DNA of 64,000 nucleotides from an uncultured Bacillota bacterium (GTDB taxonomy: Bacteria > Bacillota > DTU025 > MWDF01): assembly GCA_963823655.1 (NCBI GenBank), contig CAWGMK010000007.1, positions 160,001-224,000 on the forward strand. The letters run 5' to 3'. Shown piece by piece: positions 20,756 through 31,349 of this stretch. Below the pieces are notes generated by a model. The model was given only the letters and a program-made list of their open reading frames with translations. It was not told the origin of the DNA and did no database searches. Positions within the stretch are counted from its first letter, which is position 1. Each line of letters begins with the position of its first letter. The position numbers and the translations under genes were made by a program.

Positions 20756-20831
20756 GCGCCACTAGCTCAGCTGGCAGAGCAACTGACTCTTAATCAGTGG
20801 GTCCGGGGTTCGAGTCCCCGGTGGCGTACCA
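20756..20831 (+). tRNA. tRNA-Lys(CTT)
   Basis: GCGCCAC/GTGGCGT acceptor, ACTGA-CT-CTT-AA-TCAGT anticodon arm, GGTTCGAGTC, CCA end. Confidence 0.95.
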
Positions 20832-20858
20832 ATTAGTTAAGGACCAGTATAACAATGG

Positions 20859-20887
20859 AAAAGCGGCGATGACATCGCCGCTTTTTT
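20859..20887 (+). terminator. Intrinsic terminator after the tRNAs
   Basis: AAAAGCGGCGAT-GAC-ATCGCCGCTTTTTT. Confidence 0.8.
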
Positions 20888-20908
20888 CATACCCGAAAAC
20901 CGAATCAG

Positions 20909-20943
20909 TTGCTCCTTTTTGCTATCCTTTTGCTATCCTTTTT
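20909..20943. repeat. Short tandem repeat TTGCT(A)TCCTTT-like x3
   Basis: TTGCTCCTTT TTGCTATCCTT TTGCTATCCTTTTT. Confidence 0.6.
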
Positions 20944-21216
20944 ACACTTTTCATAAGAGGCTTGGCATAAATGCCAATCATCTAAGGCAAACCTTCATTC
21001 AAGACCTATAACAAGGCAGATAAGTGATTCTCGGAAAGGGCGAGAACAGACGTATGTACAAAAACCTCTTATGTTGATGGACTCTTTATTTGCTTTTTAG
21101 TGCTTATTATGTCTCATGACAAAGGAAAATTGCGAGTTGTGGAAAATTACAATAGTGACATATTTAAAGATTTTGGAAGCTTTATATCAGAGGGATTACT
21201 GATGGGAGGAATCGGA

Positions 21217-21888
21217 ATGAACAGGATGAAACTTGCATCGGTTGTGATTATTGCCCTGTTAGCAGCATTGTTGTCCGGATGCCTCGCGAAATACTCGTTC
21301 AGCTTCCTTGATGAAGGGGATTTCGTAAACAGCCAGGGTGCATGGTACCACGAAAGTTCGGGGCATACATTCGCGCCCCAAGGCCTTTGGATGGTAGATA
21401 CACACCTGACCGCCCCTTACGCATATAAGGGGGACTTCACATGTACCTATGAGTTCTATGCGGACACTTGGCTTGGAAACAGCATAGATTGGATGTACTT
21501 CATCCTTCTGAACGCAAAATGGCAGGACGAGGTGCCTGTTGAGAAGTTCTTCGGCTTTACGATCCACAGGTACGGGGACGCGCCGGAATACTCCGTCTGG
21601 CAGGGCGCAGCGACCTGGGACATCTACAATATAGATACGGATCCGCCTGGAATGATAAACGGCGCCGTTAATACTGTTGAAGTCAAGAAGACCGGCAATG
21701 AATTCAGCGTAAAGATGAATGGTACGCACCTTTACACGATGGCCATGCTTGCGGCAAACGACACTACATATTGGTACCCTGGCATCAATGGAGTCTACGA
21801 TTTCTACCTACCTTATGGCTTCTACTTGAGGAAGTTCTCGATCGTTTATACGAAGGGCAATGAAATGGAGGCTGAGTGGGCCTTCTAA
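21217..21888 (+). CDS. Lipoprotein, beta-sandwich family paralog A
   Basis: GGAGG RBS before ATG 21217; lipobox LLSGC; APYAYKGDFT; NTVEVKKTGNEFSVKMNG. Confidence 0.75.
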   Translation: MNRMKLASVVIIALLAALLSGCLAKYSFSFLDEGDFVNSQGAWYHESSGHTFAPQGLWMVDTHLTAPYAYKGDFTCTYEFYADTWLGNSIDWMYFILLNAKWQDEVPVEKFFGFTIHRYGDAPEYSVWQGAATWDIYNIDTDPPGMINGAVNTVEVKKTGNEFSVKMNGTHLYTMAMLAANDTTYWYPGINGVYDFYLPYGFYLRKFSIVYTKGNEMEAEWAF

Positions 21889-22199
21889 TTCGCCTTACAA
21901 AACAGGAGATGGATTTCGGATACTAGTGTCTTTCGATGAAATGCCATGCCTGGTTCTTCTGGCATTTACATCGACGTTAACACCGGAAACCGATATCGTG
22001 TCCAAAGCCCGTCAATAATGAAGTAAAGTGCAGGATGGCGATAGAAGGATAAATATCAAGAAACCTATCTGGGGGGTAGTGAGCCACCTTAGTTAGGAAG
22101 GATATCAAGAGAGTACTCGGAAGGAGCGGACTGAACCAAGAAAATGGTCAGTAAAGCCGCTCCTTTTCAATTCCTAAAACCCCGTCAACCCAATTTGCT

Positions 22200-22670
22200 C
22201 TATTTAGGAGGACTTGTGGATACAGAGGATCCTGCGATTTTGCTCTCCAATTCGGCAAATCGCTCCAGCAACATATTAATCGCAGCATCTTGAGCCTGGA
22301 GATGAGCCTGTATTTGTTGAGTTTCGTGGAATGTTGCTTCAGCATCCTTAAAAGTCATTTCGGCACGCCGGTCTGCTGCCTGTCCCGAGATATTTTGGCT
22401 AACCAGGATAACTGATAGCAAAACTAACTGAATGAAGGTCTGGCTGAGCCATTCCACAAAAGCCGGAAGGCCGTTATGTATGGCGGCCGAGACAACTGTA
22501 AAAGCGATAATGGCAAAAGCATATGCACACCACATCGTACCTACTGCTGACGTGAGCACAAGAGCTATTCGGCCGTTCAAGCCGACCGGGACTTTGCTGA
22601 TTTTGCAAGGTCCTAGTTCTTGGCGTTGAGCAATGTGGGGATGATGTTTGGGGCTAAAGATGACGCCCAT
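22200..22670 (-). CDS. DUF1003-like membrane protein
   Basis: AAGGAGG RBS; VGTMWCAY, WLSQTFIQLVLLSVILVSQN, C-terminal coiled coil. Confidence 0.7.
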   Translation of the reverse strand: MGVIFSPKHHPHIAQRQELGPCKISKVPVGLNGRIALVLTSAVGTMWCAYAFAIIAFTVVSAAIHNGLPAFVEWLSQTFIQLVLLSVILVSQNISGQAADRRAEMTFKDAEATFHETQQIQAHLQAQDAAINMLLERFAELESKIAGSSVSTSPPK

Positions 22671-22945
22671 ATGACAGTCCTCCTTAAATAAGGTTTTCTT
22701 CGAATGATCATACCAAAGTTTATGAGGTCTTCCTAAAGGCACCGGGCATAAGTGCACAGGTGTTATATCATTAAGTGAATTATGCCATTGCAATTAGTTT
22801 TTGCAACGAAGAAAGTAAAACCAAACCATAGTAGAGGATATAATTTCATTTTCGGCGAATAGAAGTTTGATTTTAGAAGCAAGTATAAATCGATATATTC
22901 ACAAAACTAAATGAACGGGCCTTATTGGGGCTGGGAGGAAGCTGT

Positions 22946-24025
22946 ATGTCCGATCACACGTTCGCTTTTATTATCCATCCGATTAATGTTAAGAACGATG
23001 TGTCTCACAAGTTCCCCTTGCTTGGACGTACATTCAGCGAAAAACAGCTGGATTTCCTTTCCCGTTATTTTCCGCCTGTCTACATCTCTGAGATCACCGG
23101 CATCAGATCTGCCGCCACAGGCGAAGAGGCCAAAGGATGGTTCATAGCATGCCCATTTACGCCGACTACTATGCTAAAGATGCAGACTGAGGCGGTCTAC
23201 AGGAAGATAGTAAAGTGCGGGAACATGGCCGAAAAACTGGGTGCCGGAATAATCGGCCTCGGCGCTTACACGTCGGTTGTGGGCGATGGAGGGGAGACCA
23301 TAGCCCAAAGACTGGCAATCCCCGTTACCAACGGAAATGCCTATACGATATATGTGGCAATAGAGGCCTTCAGGGAAGCTGCACGAGTTATGGGCATTGA
23401 ATTGAGGGAATCAAGCGCTGCCGTAGTCGGCGCAACCGGATCTATAGGCAGGATTTGCTCTGAAATCCTCGCAGACGAAGTGAGGGAACTTGTCATTGTA
23501 GGAAGAAACCCTGAAGCCGTTGAAGTGATAAGGAAAAGGTGCGAGGGCCACCTTGCCGTAATAAAGGCAGGATGCGATGTTTCCGCAATATACGGCTCGC
23601 GAATGATAATCACTGTGACAAGCCAGGTTAGCGCAGTAGTGGAACCGCAACATCTGATGCCGGGTTCAGTTGTACTTGATGTAGCTAGACCTCGCGATGT
23701 TTCAGTGCGCGTAGCTCAAATGCGTGATGACGTTCTCGTAATTGAAGGCGGCATGGTGGACGTTCCCGGCGAGCCAGACTTCCACTTTAATTTCGGCTTC
23801 CCTCAGGGCAAAAGCTATGCGTGCATGGCGGAGACGATGGCCCTTGCTCTTGAGGGCAGATATGAAGATTACACTGTGGGCAAGGAGATAGAGCGGTGGA
23901 GGGTTGACGAGATCGGAACCATTGCCAAGAGACATGGCTTCAAACTAAGCGGTTTCAGGAGCTTCGAGCACGCCGTGACAGAGGAGCATATAAATAGAGT
24001 AAAATCGTTAGCAAGGGTTTTCTGA
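22946..24025 (+). CDS. COG5322-type oxidoreductase (acyl-ACP reductase-like, Rossmann fold)
   Basis: FAFIIHP, GLGAYTSVVG, TNGNAYT, VVGATGSIG, DVARPRD, YACMAETM. Confidence 0.8.
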   Translation: MSDHTFAFIIHPINVKNDVSHKFPLLGRTFSEKQLDFLSRYFPPVYISEITGIRSAATGEEAKGWFIACPFTPTTMLKMQTEAVYRKIVKCGNMAEKLGAGIIGLGAYTSVVGDGGETIAQRLAIPVTNGNAYTIYVAIEAFREAARVMGIELRESSAAVVGATGSIGRICSEILADEVRELVIVGRNPEAVEVIRKRCEGHLAVIKAGCDVSAIYGSRMIITVTSQVSAVVEPQHLMPGSVVLDVARPRDVSVRVAQMRDDVLVIEGGMVDVPGEPDFHFNFGFPQGKSYACMAETMALALEGRYEDYTVGKEIERWRVDEIGTIAKRHGFKLSGFRSFEHAVTEEHINRVKSLARVF

Positions 24026-24141
24026 TTACTGTTGGCAAAACGAGAAGCTGTAAAACTGCAATACTGGCGACTTCTTAATTGCAATAATGAGATAATCGAT
24101 ACATAAATGAGGCGGCGAATTCTGCGAAGGAGGAAGACATA

Positions 24142-24810
24142 ATGAAATTGACTGCGTATCTCCTGTTGGTTCCCCTTCTATTGGTCCTGTTCCTGGGCCC
24201 TGGTCAGGCGGCCATTGCATCAGGGAAAGCGACCCTTACCTTAATAGGCCATGCATCTATGAAGATAAGAACCGCAGAAGGCATTGTCATATATATTGAC
24301 CCGTACTACCAGGGAGATTACAGCGAAGAGGCGGACATCATCCTCATAAGCCACGAGCACTCCGATCATAACAAGGTAGACATGTGCAAGCAGAAGGCGG
24401 GCTGCAAAGTACTCAGGGTTAAAGACACCATCAATCAAGACGGCAGCTACAACTCCTTTGAAATCTCTGGCGTGAAAATCGAACCCTTGCCTGCATCAAA
24501 CAAGAACCATTCGATTAAAAGTACGACAGGGTTCCTGATAAGCTTCAACGGCATCGTCATCTACCACGCTGCCGACACGTCGAAGCTGGATCAGATGGCC
24601 AATTTGAAATCCCGGGACGTGGATTACGCTTTCTTTCCGATAGATGGTCAATACAACATGAATGCCGCAGAGGCCATGGAATGCGCAAAGCTTGTCGGCG
24701 CCAAGCATAATGTCCCCATGCATTACTTCAATGCAGATTTAAAGACCTTCAAGCCGGATAATCTCCTGGTAATCAAATATGGAGAGACCATAGAGTTGGT
24801 GGCCGACTAA
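24142..24810 (+). CDS. Secreted MBL-fold metallohydrolase
   Basis: Signal peptide; IYIDPY; SHEHSDH; YHAADT; VPMHY. Confidence 0.88.
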   Translation: MKLTAYLLLVPLLLVLFLGPGQAAIASGKATLTLIGHASMKIRTAEGIVIYIDPYYQGDYSEEADIILISHEHSDHNKVDMCKQKAGCKVLRVKDTINQDGSYNSFEISGVKIEPLPASNKNHSIKSTTGFLISFNGIVIYHAADTSKLDQMANLKSRDVDYAFFPIDGQYNMNAAEAMECAKLVGAKHNVPMHYFNADLKTFKPDNLLVIKYGETIELVAD

Positions 24811-24879
24811 CGAATCATCGATCTAAAAGCTATTGTGCCTTTGCACCTATTTCACCACCAGGATATTAGGGCAGAAAGT

Positions 24880-24907
24880 AGGCAGGCAGTCGATTGACTG
24901 CCTGCCT
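24880..24907. terminator. Stem-loop downstream of the MBL gene
   Basis: AGGCAGGCAGTC-GATT-GACTGCCTGCCT. Confidence 0.55.
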
Positions 24908-25118
24908 TATCTTCATATAATTAAGCCCATTCCCAATGATCCTTCTATCATAGTGCAATTGCTCCGATATATCCACACCCCTGTTCGAAGTCAGGTGACA
25001 ACCCTCGATATTTCGACTGTTTTTTTGGCATAATAATTCACAGGCAGGTATTTTCATATAGTAGTCGAAAATTGATGAAGCAAACTAAGAGAACAAACAA
25101 ATAGAAAGGACAACTGAC

Positions 25119-25760
25119 ATGTTAGTAGAAAGACAATGTGCATATGCTTGAAACAACAAGAGAAGGCATTGCCTACAAAGGAAGAAAAGTAAGCAGCATG
25201 GTATATGCAGTGATTCTTCAAGAAGGCAATCACTTTGATTGATAGCGGCTTCCCGGCATTTGCTGCAGGAATTGTTAATGAACTCAAGAATTTGGATAAC
25301 ATAAAGCATTCTGAGGATTTTATTGACTCACGCAGACCTAGATCATATAGGTAACGCCTACGACCTTCAGCAAACCACAGGGTGCAAAGTATACATATCT
25401 AGCGATGAACTTGCATATATGACCAATGCTAAGCCACGCTTCGGCATGAAGCAGAAAATGTGTGACGACTTCAACTTAAAAATCCCGGAGTTGAGCCAAT
25501 ACGAGAATTCGCGACTTAGGAGAATTTCAAATAATCCCTACCCCGGGTCATACAGAAGGTCATGTATCAATTCTGTATGATGACGTGCTTTTCCCGGGCG
25601 ACATTTGTTCATATTCCGGCGAATGTTTTTTGCGGCCCGAACCCTTTATGGACTGAGGATATGGATCGGGCTAACCAATCGCTATCAAGCTTGCGAAATC
25701 TACCAATTCTCAGTCATATGTCCTGCTCACGGGGCTCCCTTTGAGAGAAAACAATCTTAT
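25119..25760 (+). pseudogene. MBL-fold hydrolase broken by several frameshifts (boundaries approximate)
   Basis: Fragments in different frames: ITLIDSGFP, THADLDHIG, PTPGHTEGH, final CPAHG. Confidence 0.7.
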
Positions 25761-25802
25761 AATTCAACATAGTGGAAATTCTCAATAAATACAGGAGGCA
25801 TC

Positions 25803-26270
25803 ATGAGAAGGGCAATAAAATGGCTCGATGAGAATTTCGAAGAGAAAATACTGGCATTCTTCCTGGCTCTGATCTCTCTCATCATCATGTTCCAGGTGAT
25901 CATGAGATACATCTTCAAGGCTGCTCAGCCTTGGCCGGAAGAGCTGGCAAGGTATTGCCTGGTGTGTTCAACCATGCTTTCGATGGGCTACTGTATCAGG
26001 CATAATGCGATGCTCAGAGTGGATATGCTGGTAAAATTGCTGCCCAAACCATTGATGAGGTTGATGGACATAATAATCCAATTGCTTTCCTTGGCGTTGT
26101 ACTCTTACTTGTTTTATCATTCATTCTTTGTAGTCATGATGGCGAAAAATAGCATGCAGCTGAGCCCCGCGATGCAGCTGCCGATGTATATCCTATATGC
26201 CTTCGCGACGGTTGGGTTTGGCCTTGCCGTTATTCGATCTGCACAGAGCATAATTGTGGACGTTGCATAA
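25803..26270 (+). CDS. TRAP transporter small permease (DctQ)
   Basis: QVIMRYIF, WPEELARY, four TM helices, SPAMQLPM. Confidence 0.88.
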   Translation: MRRAIKWLDENFEEKILAFFLALISLIIMFQVIMRYIFKAAQPWPEELARYCLVCSTMLSMGYCIRHNAMLRVDMLVKLLPKPLMRLMDIIIQLLSLALYSYLFYHSFFVVMMAKNSMQLSPAMQLPMYILYAFATVGFGLAVIRSAQSIIVDVA

Positions 26271-26313
26271 GATGGCCCAAATCCAATAATTCGCAGAAGG
26301 AGGGCTTAGCAAG

Positions 26314-27602
26314 ATGACAGCATTGATATTTCATAATACTTAATTGTCCTCCTAGTGCTTTCAGTGCCCATAGCTACATCACTAGGCGTGACCATAGTAA
26401 TCCCCGGCCTTGTAGACCCAAGTTTCCCCACAACGATAGTGTATTTGATAAGATCGATAATCACAGGCGTTGACAGCACTCCCTTGCTTGCAATACTTCT
26501 TTTCGTGCTTGTCCGGCGCAATCATGGCGCATGGCGGAATATCGAAGAAGCTCTTCAATATCGCGGCCCTTGCGACCGGCAACAAGACCGGGGGTCTGCC
26601 AAGCGCCGTAGTTCTGACATGCCTTTTCTATGGGGCGATTTCAGGTTCAGGACCTGCAACTTGTGCGGCAGTCGGGGCGATGGCAATACCTGAACTCGTG
26701 TCGCTTGGATATGATAAGACATTCGCCGCGTCACTTGTGGCGTCCGCAGCGGGGCTTGGAATAATCATCCCGCCCAGCATACCATTCATTTTGTGGGGCC
26801 TTAGCACCGGCGCATCAGTTGGCTCGCTGTTCATCGCGGGCATTATCCCCGGCATCATGATTGCCGTAATCTTCATGGTGTATGTATATTTCTATTGCAG
26901 GAAGAAGGGCGAAGACAAAGCCCAGATTGCAAAGAATTACAAGCTCCTAAGGGCGCGTGGGGTAGGCAGCGTCCTGTTGGATGGCATATGGGCCCTCTTA
27001 ACGCCGGTTATCATCCTGGGGGCATATACACAGGAGTTGTCACCCCAACGGAAGCTGCCGGCATTTCGGTCTTCTATGCACTGATAGTCTCCCTGTTCAT
27101 ATACAAGTCGATGAACATCAAGGATCTCCCCAAGATACTGTATGAATCCGTGCGCTCATATGCTCCGATCATCGTCCTTATAGCGCTTGCCGGCGCTTTC
27201 AGCAGGGTGCTCAACTTAGTGGGTGCTCCTCAGGCGCTGGAGGCTTTCCTGGTCGGCAACTTCAACACGCAATTTGCATTCCTGATGATGTTGAACATCG
27301 TTTTGTTATTCCTGGGTATGGTCATTGACGTAGGTCCAGCAGTCGTAATAATCGGCCGCTTGCTTGTGCCCATAGCTGTGGCACTGGGCATAGACTTGGT
27401 GCACCTCGGCATCATTGTCACAGTCAACTTGGCAATAGGGTTTATATCCCCTCCGTTTGGGCTCAACTTGTTCGTGGCGAGCTCCATGACAGGAATTCCA
27501 CACATGCAGATCGGGATGAAATCGATACCGTTCATGCTTTGTTACATTATCGCCCTGTTGTTCATTACTTACATACCCTGGTTCTCGATGGTTCTGTTAT
27601 AG
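26314..27602 (+). CDS. TRAP transporter large permease (DctM), split by about three frameshifts
   Basis: GAISGSGPA, GLGIIIPPSIP, GIYTGVVTPTEAA, GFISPPFGLNLFV across frames. Confidence 0.85.
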
Positions 27603-27651
27603 AACAACTCAATTTAGCGAAACCGCTCTCATAAAAAAGGAGGAAGACTAG

Positions 27652-28650
27652 ATGAAAAGGCTGCTATCAATATCACTCGTAGTACTAATGGCATTATTGG
27701 CAGTAGGGCTTACACTCGAGACAAGCGCAGCTACAAAGCTCATTTACATCCACGGGTCAAGTACGACGTCAATTCTCCAGGCAACGGCGACGCACTTCAA
27801 AGAGCTGGTTGAGAAAAGGACGAACGGAAGGTACACAATAGAAATCCATCCCAACTTCGAACTGGGATCACTCACAGAGAGCGTTGAGATGATCAAATCC
27901 GGAGAAGTCGCGCTAAGCGGCGTGACCCTCGGCTCATATTACACTCCGGAGCTCTCCTTCGTGGACCTTCCCAATGCGGTAGTCAGCATCGAAGCGGCTT
28001 ACAAGCTATATGCTGAGAGTCCGTTCCGCAATAAGATCAATGACATCATGAGCAGCAAAGGCATCAAGCTGCTCTCCTTCGGAGCCGCTTACTTCAGGGA
28101 ACTGACAAGCAATAAGCCGGTAAATACAATAGAGGATCTCAAGGGTTTGAAGATCCGTACGATGGAGAATGCGCTGCATATGGCATATTGGAAGTCATTG
28201 GGCGCACAGCCGACACCTCTGGCATGGGCGGAGACCTATATCGGCCTTCAGCAGGGGCTGGTAGATGCTCAGGAGAATCCATACGACTCCATCAATGCAG
28301 CTAAGCTGTATGAGGTCCAGAAGTACATCATACACACGCACCACATCCTCTATTCTTCGCCGGTAATGGTCAATCAGAAGTTCTTCAACAGCCTGTCGGC
28401 AGAAGATCAGAAGATATTCATAGAGTGCGGCAAGGAAACGGAGAAATTCACTTTCGACACGGCCTCCAATACGGTCTCAACGCTCAGGAAGACGCTAGAA
28501 GGCAAGGGAATGAAAGTAACGGAGCTTTCGCCCGCAACTCTTTCAAAGATGAGGGAGATGGCATCAAGCGTATACGACACGGTTAGAAAAACAGTAGGCG
28601 ACGATGTTATGAATGCATTCATGGCGGCGTTGGAAGCAGCCAATAAATAG
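27652..28650 (+). CDS. TRAP transporter substrate-binding protein (DctP)
   Basis: Signal peptide; DLKGLKIRT (conserved Arg); LQQGLVDAQENP; LYEVQKY. Confidence 0.92.
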   Translation: MKRLLSISLVVLMALLAVGLTLETSAATKLIYIHGSSTTSILQATATHFKELVEKRTNGRYTIEIHPNFELGSLTESVEMIKSGEVALSGVTLGSYYTPELSFVDLPNAVVSIEAAYKLYAESPFRNKINDIMSSKGIKLLSFGAAYFRELTSNKPVNTIEDLKGLKIRTMENALHMAYWKSLGAQPTPLAWAETYIGLQQGLVDAQENPYDSINAAKLYEVQKYIIHTHHILYSSPVMVNQKFFNSLSAEDQKIFIECGKETEKFTFDTASNTVSTLRKTLEGKGMKVTELSPATLSKMREMASSVYDTVRKTVGDDVMNAFMAALEAANK

Positions 28651-28714
28651 GCAATTGCCTTGACATGACCATGGTCCACAATTAGAGAGTTGGTCGGTTC
28701 GTAAGGCAAGCATT

Positions 28715-28754
28715 CTGATGCCCTCGGAAAATTTCCGGGGGCATCAGTTATTTG
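28715..28754 (+). terminator. Intrinsic terminator after the TRAP operon
   Basis: CTGATGCCCTCGGAAA/TTTCCGGGGGCATCAG stem followed by T-rich sequence. Confidence 0.7.
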
Positions 28755-28957
28755 TTTGGCTAACCTTGCTTGCCTGCTCGGGAAAAGCTTAAGGCACAAG
28801 CAGTTCAAGCATGTGATCTACATCTTAGTTCGATCAGGGCAACGCCAATACTCCGATATCATGGGCCTTCTTGATGATCTTCCTGATTGCTTTTCCGATA
28901 GTTGTCTTTTCTTCAATCGGCCTCCACGAGACCGCGTAAAAGTCGTCTGTTCAGGTC

Positions 28958-29287
28958 TCAAGTGCTGATACCTTCACAGTCAAAAGTAAAAGGAAAGGAG
29001 ATTTTGTACCTGCCATTAGCAGCATCTATGTGCCAAGTCGCTTCCTCAATCATGGCCGGTCCTGATGCGTTATTGTATTCAATCCTCACGAATGCATCCA
29101 GGTAACGCCCGCCGTCATCGTAATCAGTAATCCTCAAGCCGTCCGGCTCGAAATAGATAATTTTAGTTTCATCGCTCCCGGCAAAGGCCATGCCGGGCAG
29201 AAACCTCATCGGCACCCATAATGCCAAAACCAGCAGAATCAAAAGTGCTAACGATACCGTAATCATCCTGACATGCTTCATGTGCAA
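28958..29287 (-). CDS. Small exported hypothetical protein, possibly truncated
   Basis: N-terminal hydrophobic helix followed by a short beta-rich region. Confidence 0.45.
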   Translation of the reverse strand: MHMKHVRMITVSLALLILLVLALWVPMRFLPGMAFAGSDETKIIYFEPDGLRITDYDDGGRYLDAFVRIEYNNASGPAMIEEATWHIDAANGRYKISFPFTFDCEGIST

Positions 29288-29508
29288 TAAGCCCTTCTGT
29301 ATAAACGCCCTGATAATAAATCGCCATTGCAGTCTGAACTTACGTAAAGTGCTTGATACAAGATCAGGACAAAGCCATTAAAATCAAAAATGGCCTTAGC
29401 AGCATCAGCCTTTTCGGCTCAGCATCGGCAATGTGACCCGTTTGAATTGATGATGTCCCTTCAAACAAAGCTTCTGTTTAGCAAGTCGGCAAGTTCCATT
29501 TGAGTCAT

Positions 29509-30168
29509 CTACCTTAAGGTCTGTATACCGTCATATTCAATCAAGACACTCTTGTAAACGATCGCTTTCTTAGCCAAGTCCTGGCCGCTCCATATTGCGA
29601 GGCAGTATTGATCAGAATTGTAGAGAGGGGGCACTATGCCTGATGTTATTGCCGAACCGTTTAGCCAGAACTCGAAAGCAGTCCCCTTCTTGACTATTTT
29701 TAGCTCATTTATGCCGTTAGTTATGACTTTCGGTATCGGAGAGATATTGCCGACTATTACTGCATAAGCGTCAGGCTTATGTCCGTTGAAGATGGAATAG
29801 CGCTGATTAGGACCGCCCAGGTCGATTAGCTTGATACCGGCGTACCCATCGGATATCTCATAACCTGCGCTAGCAGAAAGGTATATATCCATTGATGCGA
29901 GATTCGCCGCTGAAACGTTGAGTTCGAACTTTACTGTGGCAACCAAATCTCCTTTATAGATGTGCGGAACGGAAGCCCAGCAATTGTGCAGAAGGAAACC
30001 GCTGCTAGTTTGAGTGTATGACTTATTAAATGTGGACCAGTTGCCATCATCTCTAAGGAGATCGGCTTCTTTCGTAAAATCGAAGAAATAACTATTGCTG
30101 CTTAGGGTAGTGCTTGTAAGGGAGAATGCCAGAAAAATAACAGCTAGAAGCGCCCAAATCTTCATCAA
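29509..30168 (-). CDS. Secreted beta-sandwich family paralog B (no lipobox Cys)
   Basis: GGAGG RBS; signal peptide; VPHIYKGDL; GINELKIVKKGTAFEFWLNG; YKSVLIEYDG. Confidence 0.72.
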   Translation of the reverse strand: MMKIWALLAVIFLAFSLTSTTLSSNSYFFDFTKEADLLRDDGNWSTFNKSYTQTSSGFLLHNCWASVPHIYKGDLVATVKFELNVSAANLASMDIYLSASAGYEISDGYAGIKLIDLGGPNQRYSIFNGHKPDAYAVIVGNISPIPKVITNGINELKIVKKGTAFEFWLNGSAITSGIVPPLYNSDQYCLAIWSGQDLAKKAIVYKSVLIEYDGIQTLR

Positions 30169-30443
30169 TCCACCTCCTAGAATAAAGTTGTCGCAAGGTG
30201 AAATGTTTCAATGCTTTATGTCGTATCTTCGATTAGCATCAATGTTCTCTAGTGTTAAGCAGCGATCACCGACGTAGCTCTTTGGCAAAAGTAAAAGCGG
30301 CGATTTTCCAACTCAACGGTTCAGGAGCCCTGAAGTGCAGAGCCAAAGCCACACGCTTAGATTCGCTTGAGAGGCCACCATATATGGAGTCTGAACCGAG
30401 TTGACAGAATTGTCTTAACATCACCATATTTCTGCGACTGCCG

Positions 30444-31088
30444 CTATCTGGGCACCATCTCGCCCGAGTACTGCACTTTGATGCTCTTAAAAAGCACATA
30501 ACCTGAGCTTTGGAACGCTATAGCGCCAAAAGACGGGGCCACAAAATCACTTGAGAAAAAGCTGTAAGGGCTGTTGTAGATTTCGGTGTTGTTCAGCTTG
30601 ATCCTAACTTGGTTATCAGTTTTCGAGAATGTTAGAATATTGGACCCTATGTAGTTTATACCAGGCACTAAGGTATTAAATTCAACCTTGTTGTCGTAAT
30701 GATCATCGACGAATGAATACTTTTCATTAGGTGCGTCACTAAGATCATTAAAATCAATCCATAAATAACCGTCGCCCGGTTCAGCTAAGAATGCGAAAAA
30801 TAGATCCTTTATAGGATTTGATGGGATGCAGAAAATCTCGAAGACGACAGTCATTGTGACATCGCCCGAAAATGCGAAAGGCGCCGTAGCACTGTATGCG
30901 TCCAGCATCAGCCCATTGTCGTCGATGGCATTCTTCGCCTCGGCATCGTATACGAATAAATCCCAGCCGGCCAGATCATAGACATCTTCAAAAGTCACCG
31001 ACCAAGTCTTAGTACAACCTGAAAGCAATATGCACCCTGTGACGATCAGCGCAATGGCGAGCATCCGTAAGTGGCGCACATCAAACAC
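30444..31088 (-). CDS. Lipoprotein, beta-sandwich family paralog C
   Basis: Lipobox LLSGC; APFAFSGDVT; VPGINYIGSNILTFSK; FKSIKVQYSG. Confidence 0.75.
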   Translation of the reverse strand: MFDVRHLRMLAIALIVTGCILLSGCTKTWSVTFEDVYDLAGWDLFVYDAEAKNAIDDNGLMLDAYSATAPFAFSGDVTMTVVFEIFCIPSNPIKDLFFAFLAEPGDGYLWIDFNDLSDAPNEKYSFVDDHYDNKVEFNTLVPGINYIGSNILTFSKTDNQVRIKLNNTEIYNSPYSFFSSDFVAPSFGAIAFQSSGYVLFKSIKVQYSGEMVPR

Positions 31089-31349
31089 CTCTTTCCTAAT
31101 GATATTGAATTAATAATTAGACGAATATTATATAACTCCTCTAATTTAGCGAAATGAAGCAATCGGCGCCTCCTTAACGGGCATCAATTCGGAGAATGCG
31201 TTTTCTTCATATGGCGGGGAAATCCCGGCAGAATCTTCTGGCCTTCAATTAGGCATTAGTTATCGAAAGAGGTTATTATTTCTTTATTGAAAGCATGAAA
31301 TTGGCGGTTTATACGGATTCCTAAGTCCGAGAAATAAAGGAGAGTTTCA

